Positions 24,635-37,023 of a DNA stretch of 64,000 bases are shown in pieces. Location of the stretch: positions 1 through 64,000 of the forward strand of contig JALMLS010000455.1 in NCBI GenBank assembly GCA_038496445.1. The letters run 5' to 3'. This stretch comes from Trichosphaerium sp. ATCC 40318 (lineage: Eukaryota > Protista > Tubulinea). Position 1 is the first letter of the stretch; each line of letters opens with the position of its first letter. Below the pieces are notes generated by a model. That model was not told the DNA's origin and did not search any database. It was given only the letters and a program-made list of their open reading frames with translations. The translations under genes and the position numbers were made by a program.

Positions 24635-27600
24635 ATGCAGGCTACAAATCAAAGAGTTAAATTCGAGAACGCGTTGGAATTTTTGGACCGCGTAAAGACG
24701 GTATTCAAGGATAACGTTCGAGTGTACAATCAATTTCTTGATGTTATGAAAGATTTCAAGGCACAAACGTACGCACGCCCACCGTCTCTACACCTCAACC
24801 ACTGTGCAAACCACCTTTTTCGGATTAAGCTAAAAAAAAAAAAAGAGAAAATTTTCCTCCATTATTTTTTTTTCCCTTTTTATTGTTATTAACGGACACT
24901 AGCTTAACCACTCCTGGAGTTATCTCGCGTGTGAAATCTCTGTTCAAGGGTCATAACGACCTATTGTTGGGCTTCAACAGTTTTTTACCTGCGGGTTTTA
25001 AAATAACGTTGCAAGAGATACAAGCTGAAGAAGCGGCAGAGAAGGCGCAGTCCGGGCGTAATCAGATGGTAGTTGAGCGTCACCACGGCCGCGTACATGA
25101 TCCTCATCAGCCGCCAGTACACATCGCTCCTATACATACTGCCGCAGCGGACGAGCCTTTCTCTGTTCCAGCACGCAAACAACCAGAATTTGATCACGCG
25201 AGAAACTACGTTAAAAAGATTAAGGCACGCGTGCGTTAAAGTAGCCCACCTATAAGTTTTACTCTTTTTAAGTCGTCATTTGAAAAAAATAAAATCTGGA
25301 CGCTTTTGATTTTATCCGTCGAATTTTTCCGTCCCTTTTGCGCTCACCATATTCTGTCAGATGCGATTTGGCATGCAACCGCACATATATAAAGCGTTTC
25401 TCGATATTCTCCACACTTATCACAAAGATCAACACAGTATCCAAGATGTATACGATCAAGTCTCGCAACTATTCGGAGAGCACCCCGACCTTCTAGAGGA
25501 GTTTACACAATTTTTGCCTGATCCAGAACAACGAGCTCAAATGAAAACCCCTGACGAAGTGGCACGTGCGCGTCAAACTAACCAACGTGCTCAAGAACAA
25601 AATATGGCGTCACAAACTATGAACACACGTGTACGTAAAAAGTTACTCGCAAAAACCAAAAAAAACGTCCAAAAAAACCCCAAAAACGTTAACCGTTGAT
25701 TTAGTCCAAATTTTATGTTAAGCAAGACGACTTGTACGTTGAGCCCACAACAAGATCTCGATCGAAGAGGAAAGCAAAGGACAACCGCCGATCAAGACGT
25801 ACACCTGAGCAATCGAGAGGAAACTTTGATGAATCTTCAAATGGTTCATTTAAGGAGCTTGAAAAATTCTTTAATATCAAATTTGTGCTTCCAAAGGAGC
25901 GTTACAACGAGTTTGTCAAGTGCTTGTATCTTTTTAATCAAGACATCTTGACAAAGCAAGATTTGGTAGTATTGGTAAAGGGCGTACTTAAACCAGTTAG
26001 CAAGGAATTGTATGCTTGGTTTAGGGAGTTCATGGGTGTATTTGACGAAGGTACTTTTAGTGCACAAATGACATTTATAAAAACTTATGATTATTTAGAC
26101 TCTGATGAAGAGATGTCTGGTCCACTGTCTGAGTTTGATTTCACACAATCTGAAACTAGCGGTCCTAGCTACCGTGCTTTACCTGATAACATACCGGTAA
26201 TTTTATTTTTACTTTCATAAGATTGTTAAGCGTCGCTTTTCTAAACAACCATTAGGAACGGTTTACGAAATGTTCTGGTAGAACTGAACGAGAGGCTCAA
26301 TACCTCAATGACATTTGGATCTCTATACCAACAGGTTCTGAGGAAAGTGGTGGATTCAAGGCAGTGAATAAAAATGATTTTGAAGAGCAAATGTTCGTGT
26401 GTGAAGATAAGCGGTGCGTTCATTTTTTGAAGGAAATACGAAAAAAGAAACATTAACTGACATTTTTTGTATAGGTATCATTTGGATCTCGCCATGCAAC
26501 GTAACGAGAGTGCTCTTCTACTCATGATGAAGCTCTTAAACGAGATACAATTGTACAGAGAACAACACCCAGAAGCTCCTGCAAGCGTTGTGCCACCTGA
26601 TGTATCTGCGCAATTAAACGCAATGCTACCTTTCCAAAAGAACGCTATAAAGCAGCTCTATGGTAATACAAAGGGCGCAGCTGTTCTTAGGAAGCTCCAT
26701 AAATGTCCTATTGCTGTCATTCCTGTGTTGATACACAGACTTTCAGAAAAGGACGAACAATGGGAAGTACACAAGAGGAGATGCAATGAGGTATGTCCAC
26801 ATAAATACCGTCTTTGTTGTACCACATGAAGCTAAACCTTAATTTAGTATTGGCAAAGATTAAATGAAGACAACTATTTTGGAGCCTTGGACTACATGTC
26901 TGGTAAATTTAAACAAGAGGATAAGAAGGACCTGCAAACAAAATGTACTGTCACATTTTTTTTTCTTCTTCTTTGAAATTAGCTTATAAGATTTGTTAGC
27001 GTTGTTGTCATTTGGTAGATTACTGCAAAGCAAACAAGCCAAAAAGAGCATTGGCGAGTTCCTCATACCTGCAAAACCACAATTGACCTTTAAAGTCGAG
27101 CCAAAACGTTCCTATCGTTGGGTTTGCGAAATTGTAGATATTAACCCAGACAAGACCGCCTTGGAGGGACAAGAAACTGCCAAGGTAAATTACAAGAAAC
27201 TTTCGAACACAAACAATAAAACTATTCTGACTAACACTATTTTTAAAGGTCAAAGAGTTCTTGACAGCACTTATTGAACCCTTCTTCAATATTACGGAGA
27301 AAAAACCATCCACTGTCATTCAAGCAGCACAGCAAGAAGAAATTGAGGGTGGTCATTGCAAGCCTCTATCAACAATACGAGCTGATGACAATGAAAATAA
27401 GAACATTTTCTTTGGCAATGACGCATTTTACATCTTTTTCCGTTATTTCCATGTAAGTCTTATTATTCACTCTTGTTACCTTTTATTTGTGAACATATCA
27501 TTAACTTATAACTTGAAGATGCTCATGGATCGTTTGGCAAGGTTAATGGCTATGGCTGATGCAAACAAAGGGTTGCCACCACGAAGGAACAAGGACGACA

Positions 27601-29069
27601 TGACTGAGAGGCCTAATGACACAACTGATGATAAAATGCAGCGGTTGGTAGTTTCTGTTCAGCAATTAATCATGGGCGAGTTAACTCTTGGTAATTTTGA
27701 AGACTTGTTGCGCATTGATTTTGGTATTGACAGTTATATTCTCTTTACCATATCAGATCTACACACGCGCCTAAGAAGACAAGTACGCAGTCCCAAACTC
27801 TCTTTTGTTTTGGTTAAACGCTTTAATTTATCGATTATTATTTTGGTCTAATGTTATGTAGTTGTACAGTCTACTGGAAGATAATGCTGCAAAGCATCTC
27901 GTTGGATTGTACACTTACGAGCTTTCTAACACTAATGGTGTTGTAGAAGCAGTGTATTATAGCAATGTCATTAAACACCTTGGTGCGTCTCCTATTTCTC
28001 ATCAAAACAACCAAAAAACGAAGAGTTAATGTGTTGATTGTTGTTGACGTTTTTATTGTAGGTATGGGTGGAAAGTGTTACAAATTTGAGTTTGACAAGA
28101 AGGAGAGTACATTCGGTATTACGATTATCGATAACGCAAGTGCGCACTCTCCAAAGCACATGCACGTCAAAACTACTGGAAATTGGTCTAGTTATGTCAA
28201 CAGTTATGTACTTAATTCCGAGACTGGACAACTTCCAGACGCAGAACGCAAGGTTTATTTGCCAAGGTTCGTCATAGAGTTTTGACTCTGCAGAGTTACA
28301 TTTTTTTTGGATTCAAAACAGCAACCAACAAACAAAAACAAATTTTTTCCGGTGTCGAAAGGGCAATCTTGACTTTTCTTATATTTGCGTCTCGTTTTGT
28401 GATGGCTTATTCTCAACACGAGGCGCAACATTGGCCCAAGGGGCGTTGCGCCTCGGGTTCATACAAGCACACCATCATTTGTTTTTTCTTTTACTTTTCA
28501 TTTTTAAAGCGCAACAAAAACCCACCCCAGCAAAACATATTGCTTTGTTCAAAGTCTTGGTTGGTTCCTATCAATGACTAATTGCTAGGAACTATCGCCA
28601 AACTACAAGCAAGCTCAAAGACACCGAGGAATCAAAACTCGAAGTAGTTAACGATCTCGAAGCCAAAATTGATGTCAAGGATTACAAAACAAGATACATA
28701 GAGCATTCGGAGGTACGTCAATTCTGACTATTTTATTTTGGCCAAAACACACGTGATAAAAAAAAGAACTGCTACAACTTACTATTTTTACTTTCTGCCT
28801 TTTTTGGGAACTTCGTTTTATTTTGTTTTGTATTTTAAACTTACCACTATCATTTATAGGATTATCTCTACCGCCGTGGCACACGTACACAAGCTAAATT
28901 GACCAGCGTCCGCCGCAAATCGATGAAGCTTCTTGATTTTTTGAAAGTACCAGATCCACCTCAAGTCGTAGCGCCTACGGCACCAGCAGGCCCTGTTCCG
29001 CCTATTGTTCAACATCATGTAACTGCTGCGCAGTTGGTTGCGCAGCCACCACCCTTTGTAAATGTGTAA
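24635..29069 (+). CDS. SIN3: SIN3 paired amphipathic helix corepressor
   Basis: PAH1 (ALEFLDRVK...[12 protein letters not shown]), PAH2 ([13 protein letters not shown]...[13 protein letters not shown]), PAH3, HID (GPSYRALP...[13 protein letters not shown]) and the Sin3 C-terminal region. Confidence 0.97.
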
Positions 29070-29424
29070 AGTGTAGCAAGCTTATATAACTAAATTTTTT
29101 TTGTTACGAAATAACCATTGTTGTATTTGTTTGAGTTTTCTCACTTGATAATCTTCAAGCTTGCCGTTGCAGGCCTGAAACTGTTAAGTAGATGTCAAAT
29201 GTGGCGATAGTCTCTTCTAAAGCGACACTGGACATATTACTACACTAAGCAACTTCTTACACTCTCAAAGGCATTGGAATTCTCGGCATTGTTCGCAAGT
29301 GCCACGCACGAGGGTAGCTACACAAACAAGAAATAGTTTGTTTTTTTTGTAGTGGCTAACAGAGAAGGAGATCATTTGATAAAGAGAACAAAAGGCAATT
29401 TTTAAAAGTACAAGTATTTTTTAT

Positions 29425-29901
29425 TTACATCGTTATTAGTTTTTTTGTAGGTTTGGATAAATCTAGCCCTTGTTCAAGGGCCCACTCCTCAACCACTGCG
29501 CAAAACAGGTCTTCGACAATATCTTTGTAAGGATCACCTTTGAGAGGTTGCTGGTACACCGCCAAAATAAGTGCATCGCCTGCAACCAAAGGTGATGTGA
29601 CGGCTGGCTCCTTTGGTGAGGTTTTAAGCACCTTTGCTGGTTGCATTATGTTTTCACGCTGTATCTTGCTCTGGAGCTTCGCTTCGCGTGGGAGGTCCTC
29701 GTTGTGTAGTTTGACTTCAGTTTTGGGGAGGTCATCTCGAATTACATTCGTCGCCATGGCCTCTTGAGTGTGGACAATGCCAAAGGCGTCTTCTCCAAGC
29801 ATATTGTCTTTGTCCATAGCGTACTTTGCTTTAGATCGCTTGCCCTTCTTCTTGAAGATGTTGCAGAATGAGTTGAAACGTTGTTTGATAGAGTCGAACA
29901 T
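29425..29901 (-). CDS. Intronless hypothetical protein (158 aa)
   Basis: Clean ATG-to-stop ORF with coding-like composition; no recognised family. Confidence 0.6.
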   Translation of the reverse strand: MFDSIKQRFNSFCNIFKKKGKRSKAKYAMDKDNMLGEDAFGIVHTQEAMATNVIRDDLPKTEVKLHNEDLPREAKLQSKIQRENIMQPAKVLKTSPKEPAVTSPLVAGDALILAVYQQPLKGDPYKDIVEDLFCAVVEEWALEQGLDLSKPTKKLITM

Positions 29902-30399
29902 TGGAGGAGTAGTTTAATTGGTTCGAGTAGATGGTTTATGACTTTTGTAACTTATGTAGTTTTTGCTGCACGAGTTTCTCAGTTTTATTTTAAGTCACTC
30001 AAACGTGTGGTGCTAACGCAACTGACTGTAGCGATTTGGACAGTTCTTGAGACAGAATTTACAAAATCATCTTTTTCCAACTCCTGCCTTTTTTGCAGAC
30101 ACACCAGAAACTGGTGCAATCTGTTTGTTGAGTGTAATAGAGTACAGTAGTAATGGTTTTAGAGCCTCTATTCTACTGTTGAAAAAAACGAACGATTTAT
30201 AGCAGCTATGCTGCATATTTCAGAGAATAAACGAGTCTAAAAGACGAGTTTGTGAACGTGCAACGCATTCACTAATAATTATGAAGACGAGTGTATCTAA
30301 AACGCAAAGCGTTTTGGTAGATGTAATTAACTAATAGCAAATAACACAAGACGAGTTAAACAAAAAGCAACGCTTTTTGTAAACAAGTCACACTTTTTA

Positions 30400-31345
30400 T
30401 TCAGGTTGGTAGGAATTTACAAACACAGCTGGGCCGATAGGAGCAAGAGCGCTCGCACTAGCACTGAATAATAGTATTCAACGTACCACAGAAGCCACAG
30501 CAGACCCAATCTTAGACCGCGTAGCCATACTTAAGAGCAAAATAACTGAATTAAAGTTTAAGTTGTGCTTATTTATTTGATATACAGCTTCTGGTACGTC
30601 TACAAAAAAGGTACCACTCGTTCAAAAAAGCTCCATTCGCCACTCGTTGTGGCAAAAAGTAACATATTCTGACTAAACAGAATTCCAGATTGCTTTTTTT
30701 GCTTGTTTTATTAAACTTGATCAAGTCTTTCAATTTACGTACCAACAAAATATATCAACGCAATCAGTTGAAAGCTGGAAAAAAGTTGAAAATTCTACGA
30801 GTTTTCTTTGTAAATCACAGACAGGAAACGTTTACGTGTAGGCGAAAAGAGCAAGGGAAGTTAACAACAAGAACAACAGCATTTTCGGTGTTGGAATATA
30901 AAAAATAAGTTGTTTTTTGTCGGTCAGCGGTTTTAACTTCACGTGTATTTTTAGCGTGGTCGTTGAGTAGCGAAGATATATAAATAAAGTGGCGTACGCA
31001 GTGGTGGCGATGTATACAGCCCACCAACTGTTGTACAATCGATTTTATTGAGCAAAGAAAATAAAATGCTGTCTACAAACTTGAACCAGCACATACTTCA
31101 TGAATACTGTATAGCTACGTTAGCTCACTTTTTTGCGTGCAAATATATATTGAGCTGAACAGAGCAATAAATGAGCACACGCGCATGTGGACGCAGCAGA
31201 ACCTACTAAGTTGTTGAACTGTTTTGTTCGGCTGAAGCAAATACTCCGCGGCCGAGGATTATAGCCTGGATAGTTTCTAACAACATACTGTGGTTTTAGC
31301 TTGTTACTTGTACATCAATGGTTCGATGGTAGTTCGCCATTCATC
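30400..31345 (-). CDS. Probable multi-exon membrane protein, unknown function
   Basis: Hydrophobic exons (WWAVYIATTAYATLFIYL; KMLLFLLLTSLALFAYT; FQLIALIYFV) bounded by GT-AG sites. The model is not fully resolved. Confidence 0.45.
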
Positions 31346-31678
31346 TTTTTGTGCAACTTGCAATGATCATGTAAGGAAACGCTCGCCTACTGTGGTGGAT
31401 GTAGAGTGCCGGCTCAATATTAAATGGCAACCAATTCGCATTACAGCATACTGAGAGTAGGCAAATATCCAACTCACTGCGTGTGAAAAAATTAATAACA
31501 GTTCGTAAACCGTTGGGCGAGTAGAGCGCACGTAGTTAAAAAGCAAGTTTCCATTCAAAAACAACACAAAGGCGTGCATTTTAACTGATAAAAAAGCCAA
31601 AAACAAAGCCTTTATTTAAACTACAACCCCAAGCTCAACTCAACTCACCCACCCACTCACACGAAAAATAAAAAAGAT

Positions 31679-32480
31679 GCAAAAATTGTCTTTCGACCTT
31701 AGAGCTGCGGGCCACCACCAGCTCTAGACAAGACACCCATGGCCTTATTCACGCACTGTTTTCCAATCTAGCACGCGAGGTATCGTCAACCGGTCATTTG
31801 CAAGCAGATTGTTAATATACTTACGGGCGTTCGACGCGTGTATCCTGCTACCCCTGGTGAAACAGGGCACTCTTGAGAGGACGTATTTGTACCACTGCGA
31901 ACACCCAGTTTAACGCCCCCACTAACAGAATGGATTTAAAATCCTTTTATTGATCACTATTTTGATCAAAATTTAATTGTGGTATTTGCTCATTTCTTCT
32001 AAAACCCTCCCACACGATAGCCACAACCTATTTACGCATTGTTGGTGCTTTTTGGATTATATACCCGAATTTAGAGTCTGTTTCTTGTGCGTGAAGTAGT
32101 GTAGTAATGGAAAATAAAAAAAGGTAAATTTCATACTTTTCGAAAACGGTTGGTCAACGCTTTGTGAAACGTCATTTATTAGGGTTAGGTTTTACGCTAC
32201 CAAAAATAGCGACAGCGAAGGTAAAACGAACTCCAGCTCAATATTTTTACTCTTCGTTTCCGCCTTTATGGTATTATTAGATGGCAAGTTGCTTTGTGGA
32301 CAACGGCTTACGCTACTTCGTGATACACGAGCAGTTTCTGTTTCCCAGTGGAGGATATGTCATTCTTGATATTCCCTGTACCTGTCAAACATAACACTGG
32401 GACTTGCTAGAACTCACGCCTGTTAGCCTCTCATACCACACCAATGACAGCCGGTATTCCGTCGTTTCTTTGGTTCTATT
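31679..32480 (-). ncRNA. Candidate structured ncRNA, possibly telomerase RNA
   Basis: No ORF. Template-like CCUAACCCUAA at 32189-32179 lies 5 nt after a hairpin. Several helices contain G-U pairs that form only on the minus strand. Sm-site AAUUUUUG (31687-31680) follows a terminal stem. Confidence 0.4.
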
Positions 32481-32643
32481 CCATGGAGTTGAAATGAGAG
32501 CTCATTTAAAAAATGTAGTACTACGTTCTTTGAAAGTGTTCAGTGTCACAGTAACAAACTTGGACATAATTTTTTGTTCATTTAAGGGGGTACAAACAAT
32601 TTGGGGTGTTTTAAAGGATTTTTTTTCAATTGAATCTTGTCAT

Positions 32644-34833
32644 TTACTCTTCTTCGTCCTCCTGTTCTTGAATTTGTTGAACAATCTCTTGCTCCTCGCG
32701 TTCTCGTGCTTTACGTTCCTCATCAGTTTCAGCACTTTCAGGGTCCTTATTTTCAGGGTAACGCATAGCTTTAACTGCCTCATTATGGATACCAATACAA
32801 TAAGCAATGCGCTTGTGGTATTGGAATTGTGGCTCATTTGTAGAGTAGATATCAAGTGTCTCCATGGATTGTACAAACCCACCTTCATGGTCGATCTTAG
32901 CATCGATAATGCCTAATAACTATTGTTAAATAACCAATTCAAAATAAAAAAAAACCGAAATGTTTTCATACCATCACGAATAGCTTTAGCAGTAATAAAT
33001 TCAGCGTCTTCTTTAGAAGCGAGTTTGAGTTTTTCACAAATATCATCAAATGAAATACGAGAGTAGCTCATGTTGATTTTACGTAATCCAGTCTTAATAA
33101 CGTTGTGGTGCAGGCTAAATAGAGTATCAGCAAAAAAAACCTCAAATGAAAAGAGTTGAATTCAAAACAAAAAAAAAATCAGCATTTCCTTGAACAAGAA
33201 AACAAACGTTAAACGTGTTTACTTGTCAAACAATCAATGCAATCAAAAACGGTATTAAATAAAGAGTCAGCCTTTTTTATACGCACCGTTGGATCAATGT
33301 TAAATTTTTATCTTCAGCAAATACTGGTTCATAAGTGGCTACAACCTTTTGAAATGCGCTAAGGTTACCTGTTCTAAAAAAGAAAAATGTCAACAAAAAA
33401 AACTTCGACATGTTGCTTTTCTTCTTTGGACTACGCAAAGAATACCATCGTACCTGACAGCTTGTGTCAATTCAAAGTAAGGCACAAGAGCCTTTTTAAT
33501 GCCTGATTGTCGGAACATGCTTCGCTCTGGAACTTCTCCCATGAGCAATTGTACGATTGCTTGTAACTTTAATGCAGTAGCTCTGAATCCTTTGGCAGTA
33601 TATTGAGGGGCTTTCCTTACAGCCTGTACCAAGCATTGGTGTGCTCTTGTGTACTCCAATTGTACAGCCTTTATTCTGCCTTGATAGTAGTAGTATCGTG
33701 CGAGTTGGTGAGCACCAGCGGTTTCTTCCTTGAACTCAGTTTTTGCCAATAGCTTATCAGCTTGATCAATCAAATTGGCGGATAGATAATTGCGAAGCAA
33801 CAAGTTGAGTATAGCAGCTTGTCCTTTGAAATTATGACGAAGTGTAACAGTTCTTTGTAGAGCCAATAGACGTCTAAAACAATAATAAGTAAATAGATCA
33901 AGACAATCAAAAACAAGTGCCATAAAAAAACGTCACAGTGGTAACGAAACAATAAGCATAAAATACGTGTGAATTGGTGGTTTCGTACCCTCGAATATCG
34001 GATAGACGCCCGTTTAGTTCATAAACGCGTGCGTAATAAAAGAATACTCTTGGGGAGAGAGAATCAAGGTTACGACGGTGTGTATTTGCTGTGTAGAAGT
34101 CGATCAAATCATTTGCTGCTTTAAGAGCTTGGTCCATATCGCGGTGGTCAATCAAATGAACGAGGACGAGCAAGTGGAAATATACTCGAAGCTCAGTTGA
34201 TTCTTTGTACCCGCTCTTATCGACAGTATCTTTAGCGGATTCATCTACGCACAAGTGTGAGAAGGACGCAAATCGAGCAATTGTTTAGCAAATAAACGTC
34301 ATCAAAAAACTGATTTGACAGTGACAGCACCACGAGAAGGTAAAGTCAGCGAGGTAGACAAACCGTTGTATTTTTTTTGCTGTTCTAAGGCAAAAATAAT
34401 AAAAACGCACCAGAAATGTCAGGGATAGTATCAGAGCATCCAGGAAGCAAGTTCAATAAATCAGAAGTGTCGCCAAAGAAATATAAGATACCACCACGCA
34501 AAATGGCGTTGTTAAGTTTTTTGCGTAACCGGGCGAAGGTTGAACGAACCTAGCACTTAATTACGGAGGTTATAGATAGTTTAACGTTACCACGCGATTA
34601 ATCGTTCTTGTATCTACATTTGCCGCAGCTGAATAAATGCGTTTGCTATTGCTAACGAGTTCTAAGAGCAAAACCGGTGAGATAACAGCCGTTTTATAAA
34701 ATATCTAACCTCCAAGCGCCAATTCTTCTGCTGACTTCACCACAGGAGCCACGTCGTCCATTTCTGCGTCTGAGGTCTTGCTGGCATCTTTAGCGACCTC
34801 TGCGTCCTTCATCTCAACGTCCTTTGTTGCCAT
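32644..34833 (-). CDS. PSMD3: 26S proteasome regulatory subunit RPN3/PSMD3
   Basis: [68 protein letters not shown]. Confidence 0.97.
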
Positions 34834-35033
34834 TTTGTTGTTATACAGTGTTTATACTTGGTAAAGAGCGTGTATACAAATTATTACCAAGAGTGCAAAA
34901 AAAAAATTGCTTTATTGAAAATGTGGCTTAAAGTTTTGGGTGGCCATAAGCCACAGAAAAACCTACTTTACTACGTTGGTGTAAAATAAAAATGAACGTG
35001 GCCTTCTAACTAACGTACTACACGTCATCGGAA

Positions 35034-36854
35034 ATGCATCACGTACACGGAGATGACTCTAAAGGGACAAAGCGCTATGCAACGTGAGTCAAACGGTTTG
35101 TTATGCGCCTAATGGTGTTTTAGGACTACACAAGCTGCCATCAATTTAATAAAAGCATATTTGGGTGCCGGCGTACTTGGCATGCCTTTTGCATTTAGTA
35201 AAAGTGGTTTATTGGTGCGTATAATAATTTTCTACAACACCTGCGAATGGATGGGGAAATTCTCACCCCAATAAAGGGTGGTGGGCTCGTGTTGTTTATT
35301 GTTTCGTTCATTGCTACACATTGCATGCTTATTCTAGTACGATTAAAGCATTACTTACTCGCAAAAGGTACATGACACGTAGCCTTGTGTCATTCCAAAA
35401 AAAGTCTGACTTTCGCTACAGGTCATAAAGTAGAAACCTATGGTGACATCGCAGAAATGGCAGCTGGGCAATTTGGTTTGTCTGTAGTAAACTTTTTGAT
35501 TCTATTCACTCAGGCAAGATTGAGATTTTTTAATACCAACAAAAAAAAAGACGTCAACCACTATTACAACGTTTTAATCGGTTTTTTTAGTTTGGTTTCT
35601 GTTGTGTATATGTCGTGTTTATAGGACAAAATATAGCAAGTTTTATTGAAGGATCAGATTGGCGTGTTATATCAGCATTATTTTTGCCACTGTGGATTAT
35701 TTTTGCATGGATGAGAAAGTACGATACGACATTTTTTTTTGAAGTTATCTCTTTTCCTAACACTGAAATAAGTCTATCTGAAGTTGCTCGCGTATCAGGA
35801 GTATCAAATATACTCATGTACTTCGGTATTCTTGTGATTATTGCAGCGTCTTGCGCCAAGATTGCTGATCGTATAGATGATAAAAACGCATCATTTGATT
35901 TTGCTCCAGGCATAATATGGAGGTAAGATTTTATACTGATTAATGTCACTAAACATACAATAGTGGATTCCCTCTCATATTTGGTATTGCTGTCTACCAA
36001 TTTGAAGGCATTGGAGTGGTACATAATTTTCTTTAAATTTCGAAAAAATTATTATTGGCTTATTTTTTTAACGTGTTCCTACTAGGTGATGCCAGTAGAA
36101 GCAACTTATAAACATCCACAACATTTTTCTAGGCTTGTTATGATGTGTTTAGCACTTGCTACTGTCCAGAGTTGTGTTTTTGGTGTTATTAACTACGTGG
36201 GCTATGGTCCTGGTACTGACTCCATCATTACAAAGAATCTTGAGGAATTTGCGCAAAATAGCATAGTATGGGGTTATCTATCTGTTATAACCAAGCTATG
36301 GTACTTATTTCACCTTTTTTTGTTCGTTCTTTTGACACATTTGGGTAGTTTCATAGTGGCTATAGGATTAACATATCCAATTCAAATGTTCGTAGTTACT
36401 GACTTGGTTGAAGATCGATTTGAGTACTTTAAAGTACAGTCAGGTGCTTCACGTGATGATCTCGTAGTACGACAGAATGTATTCAGGTATGACTCTAATA
36501 CAATCCTCTCATTGTTATCACAATAATCAGAAATGATCTGATGTAATTAGAGCGATATTGGCTTCATTGACTGTACTTGTTGCTGTCACTGTACCTAATT
36601 TCGGCGTACTTGCTGGACTTGTGGGTGCTCTTGGAAGCGCTGCCTTGCAATTCATCTGCCCTGCATGGTTTGCTCTTAAACTTTATAATAACACTAGCGT
36701 ACTACCAGCTTTTTCTTATTGTTCAACAACAAACGTTTGACATATCTTTTAGATTGGTTACCGCGCACTATTGGTTTTGTACATATTATTTGGTGCCTGT
36801 GGCGCGGTTTTTAGTACGTTTCATATAATGTATGACATTTTCTACGGAGAATGA
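35034..36854 (+). CDS. Amino-acid transporter, AAAP (SLC36/AVT3-like) family
   Basis: AAINLIKAYLGAGVLGMPFAF, YQFEGIGVVMPVE, TYPIQMF, VPNFGVLAGLVGALG. Confidence 0.92.
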
Positions 36855-37023
36855 GTATTGGTGTACAAATAAACAAAAAATCAAAAGCACAACGCGACTG
36901 TTTCAATTTGGTGACGTTTAACGCCATAAAACTAGTTTGGCGTTAACCACTTGTAATTGGTCAAATGTATTTCAACGTGACATTTGTCGACGTTGCTATC
37001 AGAGTTGCAGTGGTATGTGCATT

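Noticed and set aside
31817-31920. U1 snRNA on + strand (ATACTTAC)
   Set aside because: The match stops before CCTG; no U1-70K or U1A loops and no correctly placed Sm site. G-U pairing favours the minus strand.
32404-32916. 170-aa plus-strand ORF
   Set aside because: Antisense to the last PSMD3 exon, non-ATG start and no protein-like features.
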